In this document: positions 9,508 through 21,200 of the stretch, one piece after another
Numbering within the stretch: position 1 is the first letter of the stretch
How the letters are laid out: every line of letters begins with the position of its first letter
From: a virus
Virus record (IMG/VR): IMGVR_UViG_3300025133_000037
Coordinates: 67,662-131,661 of that record
DNA: 64,000 nt
Reading direction: 5' to 3' (one strand)
Translations under genes and position numbers: made by a program
The notes under the pieces: generated by a model
Databases searched by the model: none
Told to the model about the DNA's origin: nothing
The model's input: the letters and a program-made list of their open reading frames with translations, nothing else

Positions 9508-11613
9508 CTATCTGGTAGTAAACTCCAGCTCACTTTCTCCATTAACCTTTGTTATATTAATTACATTATCAAACTTTTCCTTCAAAGATTCGTCGTGAGT
9601 TATAACTAGTATCTTATATTTATCCTCAAGAGATCTTATAACGCTCACAAACAAAGTCTCTACGCCATATCTGTCCAGTGGCGAATTTACTTCATCTAAT
9701 AGAAGAAACTCTAAGCTTGAACCTCCGTAGCGGCTAGACATGTCGCTTAAGGCAATCCTTAGCGCCAAAGATATCCTGAACTGCTCCCCTCCACTAAGCG
9801 ACTTAAAGTTCTGCAAATGTCCGTCTTTACGAACTTTAAGATCCAGAGTTTCAATCACCGAGGACCCATCTGCACCGAGCCGTTGTGTCTCAAGGACTAT
9901 AACGGCAGGTTCATTGCATATAGATGCAAGAATAGAATTTGCAGTCTTCTCCAGGTCCTCTATTACCGTATCAAGAAGTATCGCCTGGATTCCATTCTTT
10001 CCGAACATCTTTGATAGCTTTTCAAAAAGAGAGGCTCGTTTCATCTTTTCAGATATGCTTTTTTTATCCTTAAGCATCTTTGTCTCCCGCTCTACGAGCA
10101 AAGACTCTCTCTCCATAAGCCTTCCCATCTCCTTATCTTCATCAGAGATATTTTCAATCAACTCTTCACGCTCTGTCTTTAAAGCCTTTAATTTTTTACG
10201 AATACTTTGAAAGTCTTCATTTTTAATAGACTCAAGAAGCTCTTTGTTATTATTTACTTTAAAGTCTATATTTTCCAGCCTTATCTTTAGGCCACTCAAA
10301 GCCTCTGTGTGTTTTTGGAGATTTTCACCAACCAAACTTATTTTATATTCTTCTGCCTCAACTTTATTCCTAATAAGCCTAAGGCCCTCGTTTTCTTTTT
10401 TTATTTTTAATAGGCTATCTATCTCTCCCTCTAAGATTAAGATCTCCTTATTAGACTCGCTCAGCCCAGCTTTATACTCTGCCTCGTTAGATTCGTAATC
10501 ATTCTTAAGCTCTTTGTATAATGCATTGCCAATCGATTGCCTGCACACATAGCAATGATCTGGAGAGATATCCAGATCGCGCAAATTTTTAAGCATCTCT
10601 TCTGAGGAAGATTTTTGAGACTTATAGTGAGTAAGCTGCACTCTTACGTCCTCTATTTTTCCGTCCGGTATGATCACCTCCTCCTTTCCGAGCAGAGAGG
10701 CCAAAAGGCTATCCCGTTCCTTTTTTAAAGTATCTTTTTCATTAGAATATTTTTGAACAAAAATATTTTGCTTTGACAATTGTTCTTGAACTATTTTGCG
10801 CTCGTCATTTAATGACGAGAGATGGTCAACAGCTCGATCATAGGTATCGGTATCAAGAGACTTCTTAATTGTGACGTATTTCTTGCTCAACTCCTCTGCC
10901 TCTTTTGATATGACCTTCTTCTTAGCCTGAGCTACAGCAGACTTGCCCTTTGAAGCCTCTATCTCAACCCTGACTCCGGCAAGCCTTTCTGTAACTTGAT
11001 CATAATCTTCTATAGACTTCTTTAAAACCTTGCATTCCAAACCTATGTCTCTAGCTACTTTCTTTGCGCTTTTCTCATAAGAATCCCACCTGGAGATATC
11101 AACTATAGATTTAAGTATCTCCTTCTTTCTAGAGGGCTCTGCATCTGCGAATTCAGATATATCATTTTGCCTAAAGTAAATAGAGTTTACAAAGGTTTTG
11201 TAGTCAAGCTTAATTATCGATTCTATCTTTGCATTTGTATCACCAGAAGTAGAGCAAGATATATCGTTCCAATCCCCAGCCTTATCAAGATAAGAAAACT
11301 CAATAGTAGAGGTCGAATTCATTCTATTTCTATTTCTCTTAACTCTATAAATCTGAGAATTGTGCTTAAACTCTAATGTTACAGAGCACGTTGTCTCTCC
11401 CCACCTGATTATATCGTCCATCATTGAGGCTCTAGACTTGTTAAACAAGCACCACAAAACGGATTCAAAAATAGCGCTCTTTCCCGATCCGTTAGATTTG
11501 TCGTAATCACCTTCGGTATTTCCAATTAAGAGGGCTGAATTAAATTTTGTAAAATCTACTTCACTATCTTTGTGAGAAAAGAAATTTTCCATTTTTAGCT
11601 TAATAGGTATCAT
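9508..11613 (-). CDS. sbcC: SbcC/Rad50-like SMC ATPase
   Basis: Walker A NGSGKS, long coiled coil with CYVC zinc hook, LSGGE signature, LLLDE Walker B, ITHD. Confidence 0.93.
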   Translation of the reverse strand: MIPIKLKMENFFSHKDSEVDFTKFNSALLIGNTEGDYDKSNGSGKSAIFESVLWCLFNKSRASMMDDIIRWGETTCSVTLEFKHNSQIYRVKRNRNRMNSTSTIEFSYLDKAGDWNDISCSTSGDTNAKIESIIKLDYKTFVNSIYFRQNDISEFADAEPSRKKEILKSIVDISRWDSYEKSAKKVARDIGLECKVLKKSIEDYDQVTERLAGVRVEIEASKGKSAVAQAKKKVISKEAEELSKKYVTIKKSLDTDTYDRAVDHLSSLNDERKIVQEQLSKQNIFVQKYSNEKDTLKKERDSLLASLLGKEEVIIPDGKIEDVRVQLTHYKSQKSSSEEMLKNLRDLDISPDHCYVCRQSIGNALYKELKNDYESNEAEYKAGLSESNKEILILEGEIDSLLKIKKENEGLRLIRNKVEAEEYKISLVGENLQKHTEALSGLKIRLENIDFKVNNNKELLESIKNEDFQSIRKKLKALKTEREELIENISDEDKEMGRLMERESLLVERETKMLKDKKSISEKMKRASLFEKLSKMFGKNGIQAILLDTVIEDLEKTANSILASICNEPAVIVLETQRLGADGSSVIETLDLKVRKDGHLQNFKSLSGGEQFRISLALRIALSDMSSRYGGSSLEFLLLDEVNSPLDRYGVETLFVSVIRSLEDKYKILVITHDESLKEKFDNVINITKVNGESELEFTTR

Positions 11614-12779
11614 TATTCTCCCATTATTATTTTTGTTTCTTCTAAAAGAATCTTTCCATATTCTTCGTCAATATCCTGTGACTCAATAAATGCCTTAAAC
11701 ATTGAGAAGTCATCCTTATGATTAAGGACAGAGTTATCTCTTACAACTCTTTTTGAGATTACCTCTATGATAACCTTAGAAACGTGGAATGCTCCATTAT
11801 CATACAGTCTGGATTGTATGTACGATTTGTCTACAGCCGGGAGAACCTTCTCGTCTACTATTAGTTTGAACCTAATTATCTTTTCCGACACATCGTGAGC
11901 GTCGATAACATCGTTTAGCCCCGGCAAGATGTCTGCGAAATCAAGTCCAGACAAATCCTCTGTGGCATCGATAAGCCCTCTGACCGGAATCTTATAAAAC
12001 TTTGCCTTCTTTCGATTTATGCTGTAATCTATAAAATACTTATCTACCTCTGCATCCCCAAAGTTTGATCGCTCCATAGAGCCGGTGTATATACATACCG
12101 GAGACCTTTTTCTAAGCACTCTGAATTGATGCAAGTGTCCCATCATAGCAACATCACACCCACGAAAAGATGCTGGCTTTACCATCAATTCTGCACCACC
12201 ATAATCATTATAACTTCCTTCATAAAAAAAGTTATGCCCAACTGCGATTATTGGAAATTCGTTATCTATCGAGCCCACCTCGCTCTTTATATACTCATCA
12301 TATGCCGCAGATTGCTCTCTCGAATCTGCCCCGGCATACATCCTCCTATCCCTATAAGGCAGCAATAAGATATTAACCTTTTCATTATCAACATTGCACA
12401 CCTGTACAACTTCTGGCTCCAAAAGCATTCTTACATTTGGGTACTCACAGGATGACAGTGATGTTATTGAGCTAGTAAAACTTTCTCCATTTCTCTTGTA
12501 ATCATGATTCCCCATTATTACAAATGTTGCAATATTTGCATTCGACAATCTCTTAAGAGCTTTGTCTACAATAGCCATATGCTCAACACTTGGATCTCTA
12601 TGCTCGAATATATCTCCAGTCTGTATAAAGATATCCGCCTTAGTATCGATTGCGTGATCGATCACATAATTAAGACTATCACTATAGTCGTCTACCCTGG
12701 TATTTCCGCCATTCCCATTTGGCCTGCCAAGACCAAATACGGCTCCAATATGAGTATCTCCACATACAATTACTCTCAT
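11613..12779 (-). CDS. sbcD: SbcD/Mre11-like nuclease
   Basis: GDTHIG, TGDIFE, MGNHD, GHLH calcineurin-like motifs; adjacent to sbcC. Confidence 0.92.
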   Translation of the reverse strand: MRVIVCGDTHIGAVFGLGRPNGNGGNTRVDDYSDSLNYVIDHAIDTKADIFIQTGDIFEHRDPSVEHMAIVDKALKRLSNANIATFVIMGNHDYKRNGESFTSSITSLSSCEYPNVRMLLEPEVVQVCNVDNEKVNILLLPYRDRRMYAGADSREQSAAYDEYIKSEVGSIDNEFPIIAVGHNFFYEGSYNDYGGAELMVKPASFRGCDVAMMGHLHQFRVLRKRSPVCIYTGSMERSNFGDAEVDKYFIDYSINRKKAKFYKIPVRGLIDATEDLSGLDFADILPGLNDVIDAHDVSEKIIRFKLIVDEKVLPAVDKSYIQSRLYDNGAFHVSKVIIEVISKRVVRDNSVLNHKDDFSMFKAFIESQDIDEEYGKILLEETKIIMGE

Positions 12780-13333
12780 TTTTTAGAGTACCTCCGATTC
12801 AAGGCGCGTCTTACGCCCTTAAATATATTGCTTGCTTTATGTATATCATATCTGTCTATTGACAGAATGTAAGCATCAGTCTTTTTCATCAGCCTCTCTA
12901 TCCATTCTAAATCACTAGGATGAGCCTTTTGGGCGACACGAAATAATCCAGATATTTCTAATATCTTTGAAAAATTAGTTTGGCGCTTTGCTCGCGGAAC
13001 AGACGTGACATCTTTTGGATCTATCATTTCAGATAAATCTCTGATCGCCGTTAAAAAGTCAGTATCAACACATAAGATGTAAAAATCTATAACATTATTT
13101 GATGCACCACATCCGAAGCAATAAAAATTGTTATTATCATTATCTATATATAATGATCCAGTTCTTTCTAGCCCGCTCTTGTGATCCTTTCCTGGACACT
13201 TGCATCTATGCGTAAAATTCCCGCTATTAACCTGCTCATAAGCAACTCCTTTGCGAGTGGCTATCTCAACTATTTTAATTGAGTTTAATATTTCTTCTTT
13301 ATTAAGAGTTCTCAAGATAAAAACCTGCCCCAA
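12776..13333 (-). CDS. Stand-alone CHC2 zinc-finger protein (primase zinc-binding domain without TOPRIM)
   Basis: CKCPGKDH...FYCFGCGASNNVIDF. Confidence 0.75.
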   Translation of the reverse strand: MGQVFILRTLNKEEILNSIKIVEIATRKGVAYEQVNSGNFTHRCKCPGKDHKSGLERTGSLYIDNDNNNFYCFGCGASNNVIDFYILCVDTDFLTAIRDLSEMIDPKDVTSVPRAKRQTNFSKILEISGLFRVAQKAHPSDLEWIERLMKKTDAYILSIDRYDIHKASNIFKGVRRALNRRYSKK

Positions 13334-14406
13334 AACGATGGCTTCTTTTTAGCAATTGGGTTTATTTTAGCCAATTCCCCTTGAATGTCAACTATATTTG
13401 GGGCTCGGAAAAGCTTGGGCTTTGACAATCCACCGTCAAGGTATAGCCCCGTCCCTATATCAGAAATTTTTTCAGCACCACCCTGATCTAATATAACCCT
13501 ACTGTCAACAGCGGATGCAACCTTAAGGGCAATTCTTCCGGGAAAGTTCGCTTTAATTAACCCAGAGACAACCCTGCATGATGGTCTTTGTGTGGCCAAA
13601 ATAATAGATATACCTGCAGCCCGTCCTTTTTGAGCAACAAGGCATAGTGTTTTCTGCACCTCTTTATCCTGCAGAACTATATCCGCCCACTCATCAACAA
13701 CTATAACTATAGGTCTCAACCTAGTCTTTGGACTTGCTCCTCGATTATATTCGGCAGCACTTCTAACTTTAAACTTATGAAGCAATGAAAACCTAACCTC
13801 CATAATACTCCTAACCTCATCTATTAAAAAAGCCGCATCTTCAGCAGAATGCACAATCTTTTTAACCGAATTTAAATCTCGATAAATACCAAACTCAACC
13901 ATTTTTGGGTCTATCAAGTAGAGGTCTGTATCCGACCCCAATAGGGATAGAATAAAGCTGTGAAGCAAAACGCTCTTCCCAGAGCCAGTAGTGCCCCCCA
14001 CTAATAGGTTCGGAATAGAATTAATGTCTGTATGCATAAGTTCTCCAAAAGAGTCTATACCCAAAGCGATGGGGGCATAATAATTCTTTGGAAAGGCATT
14101 ATATACCTGCATAAAAGTAGGGGACTCAATCTCTTCTCTTTGTACCTCGATCTTATATACCCCGTCCTTCATAACGGGGTACCCATTGGGGTGAGAGTGA
14201 GACGACATAGCCATACCTACATCTACAAGAACTCGGTCTAACCTTGAGGACCTAGTCCCGTTAGCCAACTTTATGCTATAAATATCAAAAAATCTTTTCT
14301 TATCTAACTCAACATACTCTGTTTTTATTCCAAAAGATTTTAATAACGAAAATAATTTTTCTTCCTTTTTTTGCTCAAAGATTTCAATTATATCATTCGA
14401 CTTCAT
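13312..14406 (-). CDS. FtsK/SpoIIIE-like ATPase (short, no membrane domain)
   Basis: PNLLVGGTTGSGKS, IDPKMVEF, VVDEWAD, GRAAGISIILATQRPS, DSRVILDQGGAEK. Confidence 0.9.
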   Translation of the reverse strand: MKSNDIIEIFEQKKEEKLFSLLKSFGIKTEYVELDKKRFFDIYSIKLANGTRSSRLDRVLVDVGMAMSSHSHPNGYPVMKDGVYKIEVQREEIESPTFMQVYNAFPKNYYAPIALGIDSFGELMHTDINSIPNLLVGGTTGSGKSVLLHSFILSLLGSDTDLYLIDPKMVEFGIYRDLNSVKKIVHSAEDAAFLIDEVRSIMEVRFSLLHKFKVRSAAEYNRGASPKTRLRPIVIVVDEWADIVLQDKEVQKTLCLVAQKGRAAGISIILATQRPSCRVVSGLIKANFPGRIALKVASAVDSRVILDQGGAEKISDIGTGLYLDGGLSKPKLFRAPNIVDIQGELAKINPIAKKKPSFWGRFLS

Positions 14407-14593
14407 TAATGCTCCTTATCTCGGAAAGAATATCCTGCAGGGCCTCTCGATACCCTACCCGAGCAATATACACACTATTATCAGTTGGAGCAACAGAAAA
14501 TTTACTACTGTCATTCTCCAGCTGCCGAACATGCTTGCTTGCCTCCGATATTCTTTCCAAAATAAGGTTTACAACTTTATCTTTAAAAGTCAT
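14393..14593 (-). CDS. Hypothetical protein
   Basis: Small ORF overlapping both neighbours. Confidence 0.6.
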   Translation of the reverse strand: MTFKDKVVNLILERISEASKHVRQLENDSSKFSVAPTDNSVYIARVGYREALQDILSEIRSINEVE

Positions 14594-14943
14594 TTTACTC
14601 TCTGGTTCTTTTTAATCCTGCCTATCTCGCGCTTAAGCTCTCGAACCTCTACTTCTAACTTTGTATTATCGTCCCGAAGCTTTAGACACGACCTTAGGGA
14701 TAAAACTATAAGCCCGAAGATGCCCTCGCCCGGGTTTACTCCGTCTAATTCATCCGCCGCAATTAAAAGACGATTTAAAGCTGCTACAACATTGTTGTGG
14801 TAAGCAGGAGTTTGATTATCAGGATGAGTCTTATCTGCGAGAAGCTTTTTATAATCATTAAAAGCGCTCTCTATATTATTCTGTACCTCACCCTTTTTTG
14901 AATCCATATACTTTGTGTTCTTCGGAACCTTTATATCAGACAC
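14590..14943 (-). CDS. Hypothetical coiled-coil protein
   Basis: GGAGG RBS, C-terminal heptads. Confidence 0.7.
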   Translation of the reverse strand: MSDIKVPKNTKYMDSKKGEVQNNIESAFNDYKKLLADKTHPDNQTPAYHNNVVAALNRLLIAADELDGVNPGEGIFGLIVLSLRSCLKLRDDNTKLEVEVRELKREIGRIKKNQRVK

Positions 14944-15286
14944 TATAATCCTCCTTTAATATTAACATTACATAAATACCGCATCTCTTGTGCATTTTTA
15001 AAAAAGCCTGTATTTTATGCAGCCCATCTTCGTCTATAATACCATATTGACGATATAAAAAATTTACTATATTGATGCACTTGTTGTAGTCATAACAGGC
15101 CGCATCAAAAAGGCCGCATGCCTTATCCAGAAAGTTAATCACCCTTTCTTTTTCGTCATATTTTATTTTAGATAAATCAACTATATGGTTTGTAATGGAG
15201 TTACAAAACAAAAAACCCTCTGTATCCGTAAATCCATTGCAGCCCAATAAAACATAAGCATTCATCGACGCTCCCTTTTTATCCAA
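14936..15286 (-). CDS. Hypothetical protein
   Basis: Fills the gap in the operon and overlaps both neighbours. Confidence 0.6.
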   Translation of the reverse strand: MDKKGASMNAYVLLGCNGFTDTEGFLFCNSITNHIVDLSKIKYDEKERVINFLDKACGLFDAACYDYNKCINIVNFLYRQYGIIDEDGLHKIQAFLKMHKRCGIYVMLILKEDYSV

Positions 15287-18200
15287 CCGCTTTAAATCTT
15301 ACCACGAATTGAGACACTGCATTATTAGAATCTTTCAATTCAAATTTTATTGCATAAACCCCTCCCTTATCGGGCTGTATCTGAATAGAGGTATAGTGGC
15401 CTCCATCATTTACTGGATTATTTATCGGAGGATCTCCATCTCCTGCGACTGGATTTGGCTTATTAAAGATCCCTGCGTTATTATACCCCGAACCCTCTGC
15501 GGCCTCTATTATCTTCCAGGTATAATTGAGATTCACAACCCCATCTTCTACGTCCATTGCCCCGCCGGTATCCTCTGTGTCTGCTGATCTTCCTCCATAA
15601 AAAGATATATATGAACCAAGTTGAACATCTGGATAATTAAACCCACCATCGACTGCAGTATTCTCCGGACCAGTTGGCCACAAGTAACCGCCTTCACCTT
15701 GGGCAAGTGCCCCTGGCGTCCCCTGCTCTTGTCCTACATATGTTGCCATAATAATGCTTGGAGGATTATTTTCTGCAACAGGAACGACTGTAACGGTTCT
15801 CGTGATAGTATCTGCGGCAAGGCCTCCGGAGTCAGTTACATTATAAGTAACCGTGTAAACTCCTGGCACATTTATATTAACATTACTTTCCGTGACGATA
15901 TTTGCCGTCAATGCATCATTATCATCCTCTGCATCTGTTGCGGTAGCTCCTGCGTCAGCATAATCGTCGCCTTGGTTGATAGATATACTGTCAGTACCAG
16001 GGCCGCCGACTAAGTGCAATACAGGCTGCTGATTAGCTGCAGCAGCAAATACGCTTGCCGAAGCTTGAGGGCTAGCATAACCATGCACATCCGTAACTAT
16101 AAGGTTGATGGTATACAGCCCTGTCACATCTGGAGTGAATGTTTGAATTGATACATCGTTTGGATCTAAATCACTATCATCAGATATATTGCTTCCGTCC
16201 GGAACTACACTAAATGTCCAAGCATATGTAAGTGCATCATCATCTGGATCGCTGCTGCCAGTTCCATCTGCCGTCACAAGAACTCCGACCTCTCCTACGT
16301 TTCCTGCAAAAGACGCCACTATTGAGGCGGCGGGCTGCTGATTTGGATCAACAAGTGTAAAGCTATGCTCAGCATATGCTGTCCCTCCATCATCGTCTGT
16401 TACAGTCAATCTAAGAGTATAGTCTCCTGCTGTCGCTGCAGTAAACTCTGGATCTTCTATTGCATCATTTACAAAGCTTGCGGTATCTCCAGGCTGACTC
16501 TCCACAGTCCAAGCATAAGTCTCAATTATCCCATCTGCATCACCCGCTGTAGCAACCATAATAATGCTTTCGCCCGTCTCAAGGGTTCCTTCGGTGCCCT
16601 CGATAGATACAGTAGGCGCCTGATTAGCCGCAACAAACTCTACTGTGACTACAGCACTCGCCTGCCCTCCGTTGCCATCAGTAACACTAAGCTCCAAAGT
16701 GTACTCTCCGAACATATCGGTAGTAAAATCTGGATCCTGAGCCGAAGTAGAGCTAAAGCTATATGTTGGGTCGCCATCTGCGGTGTGAGTCTGAACAGTC
16801 CAGTCATAAGTTAGCTCATCTCCATCAATATCTGTTGCGGTTGCATTTAGTGACACATTTGCATCAACCTCTGTGGTTCCGTCTACTGAGTCAATAACAA
16901 CTACTGGATCAGAGTTAAGAACCTCAAATGTTAATTGCGCAGTGTTGCCCGGAAGACCCTGAGCGTCGATAACTTTAACCTGCCATGAATAAGTGTCTCT
17001 TGCTAATGACCCGATATTTAGTAGGTCTATTAGTGGAGTCTGATCATCGGCGGAAACATCGTGAGTAACCGTCTGGACAACTATATTTTGGTCATTAAGT
17101 CTTTCCCAAATATACACAAACCCTTCCGGCTCGGGATCAGGATCAATAGCTGTCGCTTTCAAATAGATCCAGTCATCGGCAAGAAACACCGTCTGACTAG
17201 GATTCGCTTCACTGCCAGAGTGAGCAGTTATTGTCACTATTGTCGCTGTATTTGCCGCAGAAATATCTATTGCATTAATTTTTTCAACGCTATATGATCC
17301 CTCGTCATCTACGACGACGAGGCTTACCGCATAAAAGCCTTCTACGTCAGGGGTGAATGAGGCAGTAACTGCATCTGCATTCTGAATATCAGCATTAGTT
17401 AATAATGATCCATTCGGAACAGAAGAAAAGGTCCATGCCTGACCAGCGACAGATCCATCGTCTGTAGATGTGGAAGCACAAGTCACTAAGTCTCCAGTTA
17501 CATCACTTCCTGATACAATTGTAAAGTTCGCTATAGGCAATTGATTAACTCTTAACGTATTAATCGCAGGATCACTATTGTCCATGCCATCATTAACAAT
17601 TAATTGAACATCATAATTTCCTGCAGAAGCAGGGAGTGTAACGGAAAACTCAGAACCATCTGTAGCCCAACCATCTGTGCTCACCTCTACAGGGCCGGAT
17701 ACGGCCCAAGAGCATGTCAAAACATCTCCTGCATCATCGTCGTCAATCTCCGGCTTAATATTGACTGGCTGAACAGTATCCGATAGAGTGTTTAGCTCAA
17801 CCATAAGAACTTCTGTATCACCAATTGTAAAGCTAAAGTCTGCAGTTGGCCTAACATTCGCTATCTCTATAGAAAAGGATTTACTTACAGTATTTCCAAG
17901 ATCAATCCCGTCGCTAGTTTGTAGCGACATTGTTACGCCCGATCCTGCCATACCTTCTGTAACGAGATATTCTACAACAGACCCATGGTCGTCCAAGACA
18001 ACCTGTTCTCCTGCCATCATTACCGTCCAATTACAGCTCAATGGATCGCCATCGGAATCCGTGCTTAATGAGCCGTCGAGAGTTAACGTTACTCCAACTG
18101 GAACGGACGCTCCATCCTCAACCTCTACGGCCTCTGCATTACCCCCTTCTGCCCCGGCGGGAATAAAGCTAAGCTTAAAGTTTGTATTCGGTGGAGAGTT

Positions 18201-21200
18201 GGCCTGCTCAGGCTCCTCTTCTTCATCCTCCCATATCCAAAGAAGGTTTGCGCCGATAAACCCCAGGCCCCTGTATTCTCCTTCATTTTCCTCTCCAGGC
18301 CAATAGCCACCAACAAAGTCTGCAACCTTAACTCTGAAAGTACACAACCCTCCAAAGTCTTGTGTCAAATCAATTTTCATTGGCGAAAAATCACTTACAA
18401 CGACTTTACCTCTCCGTGGAATAGCATATGAATGTGAGTTGAGCATAAAACTCTGCGGATCACCGGGAGGAACAGCCGACCATTCCCCCTGATTAATAAG
18501 GTCTACGTCAGAAAGAACCTCCAAATCTCCCGCTAAAGAATTAGAATCTTTTCCACAGCTTAATTGAACATTAAAATCTGCAGTTCCAACCGCAGGCGTT
18601 AAAAAGACAAAATAACAAGTTATTCGGCAAGATGTTGGAGCGTCCTCTGGAAACCCCGGGATACTATCGGGATAACTGCCCAAAGCCGACTGATGCGATC
18701 CATCTATTGACTGGCCTATCCCTCCGGATAAAGCTCCGCACGATGGGATCGGAACCGTCAAATAATAAACTGACTGTATTTCGTTATTAGCTCCGGCAAG
18801 AGTTTTGTCAAGAAGCACCTTTGTTACTACATCTCTATTTGCAGGGAACGCCCCACTAGTAAAGGCTACAGGCTGAGCCTGCCTCTGCATCCACTCTATA
18901 ACATCTACTGGAGCACCATCCCAAGCATCTAAATCTGGATTGCCATTTTTTTGAACCCAATCATTTGCGGAAGTCCAATGCGATTCAAACTCTACCTTAG
19001 ATTCCCCGCCACCCTCTATTGGGGCCCAATGAGGATTCCCATCTTCCTTTATTACCAGGCCGTCTCCGGGGTCTCCATTGGGAATGTAGTAAACATCTCC
19101 TTCATCTGGGTAACCGGCATTGGGAGTCTGCACTTCTTTATTCCACAAAACAACATGTCCAGGGCCATCTGTTAAATCGTTTATTCTTAATGGAGAGTAC
19201 CCTTGTGGCGGATCATCCGCAGCCTCTTTGATATGCAGCCTTCTTGCCGGAGTTGAGAATCCCTTTGGAGATTGATAAGAAGCATCTGTAGCTCCGATTC
19301 CAACATACCCTAGTCCATCGCTCAAAGATCTTGTTCCACCATCTATAAGAATAGCTCTAGTTAAACCCGGGACTGCCGGATTAAAAGTCTCTACAGAAAA
19401 AGCTCCTTGGTTAGGATTAATGGCATCATAAAACTCATGATGAAACCCAGACACTCTAGACGTAGTTTTCGTGCCAGTGCCATCCTCTCCATTGAATACT
19501 AATCCGGCATATCTATCATAATCACTGGGCCCGGTTGTCATATTATGAATTATAACTTCCGGCCCTACACCAAACCCTGTGCCTCCAGAGACATCATTGT
19601 ATGAAAGACCGTCATTTCCAGCGAACCCTGCGGGCGATGCTCCATCGTGAAACTGAATATTTTTATAAGCACCGCCAGGAGTAACTGTCGCTGTAGAAGT
19701 TATTGTTATAGTGTCTGTTCCTGCGGCGCCGGCGAGATCTATTCCATCCCCGGCCTCTAAAGTTAAAGTATCTGATGTGGCGTCTGTCTCAATCGGGCCT
19801 CCAGATGCAGTACCAGTTCCTGTGCTTGTTAGAACTATATTATCAAATACATTTTGATCTGACCCAATAGATGCATCAGAATATATATCTCCAGCACCAT
19901 CTATAACAAGGACTGTCCCGGTTCCGGACGGGACACTCTCTAATCTTAAGGGGGAGTTCCCGCTATCATCAAAGACATGCAGCGTTCTTTCGGGGTGTGT
20001 TGTTCCATCCCATCCTGCATCCGAACCAATCCCAACCTTTCCATCGCCTGTTGCTTGAATTATATTTCCACCGCCACCTGTGCCGTCATTATCTCCATAC
20101 CAAACATGGAGTATAGCATTTGCCTGATCACCCTCTGCTCTGGGCCTTCCAAACATTGACCATTCGTGACTACCTCCAGTGACTCCATTCGTATCTGAAG
20201 TATTTGTAAAAGAAATTCTTCCACCGGCATCAATAGCGGATTCATGAATCAAAAGGTTTGGAGCAGCCGCCGTACTATCGCTACTTATTGTTAACTTACC
20301 GGCAGGAGAAAGGGTTCCTACCCCGACGTTTCCATCGCTCTTTATTATCATCCTAACATGGTCTGTGTAATGTAAGGATGGTTCACCCGATGGCCGTGTT
20401 GACAGCCTTATTTCTCCGGGCATATCCTCAGCCAGTGGAGTCCCGTCTACTCTAAATTGAATGGCAGCAGCAGTCTCAAACGAATTAACACCCCCTCCGT
20501 CATTACCAAGGCCTTGTATTGAGCCAAGACTGTCACCATCTTGGACAATATCATTCAGCCTAGACTTTCTAAGCCTTAAATCTGAACCAGATGTTCCATC
20601 TATATTTTCTTGAATACCTATAATTGCATTGTTAAAATCACTATCTACATGAAACTTGTAATGAGGATCGGGTCTGCCTATTCCAACTCTCTCCTCATCA
20701 TACAGGTAAACAAATCCATCATCCCCGCCGAAGGCTCCGTTTTTATTGTATTGAACATTTGTGTCAACACCACCTGCGGACATAGAGAGGTCTAAATAAT
20801 AACACTTATCTACCACGCCAGTGTCCGGGTCTTCGACCTCTATAAACTCAGGGATAGAAAGCGGAACATAATCTTCTCCAGCAGCCTCCCTTTGGTCAAC
20901 TGGTGTTCCGTATATATCCTCCGAATAACACTGTATATTTATATATTGAACCGCCGGAGTTGTTCCGTCATATCCTCCTAGGTTTTTATGAGCAAGCTGC
21001 CCTCTGACGTGAGCGCCTTCTGTTAAAAATACTTTAGACGAATGTCCATCCGCATGAATTCCATCATGCTTGTGCCCCGCTACTACCGGATGAAACTCGT
21101 CAACATTGTCGTTAAATCCATGGTCTCCACCAAACAAAGAATTCATAACCTCTGCCGTAACTACAGTTACCGCCGAAGTATATCTTGTTAATTTTCTATC

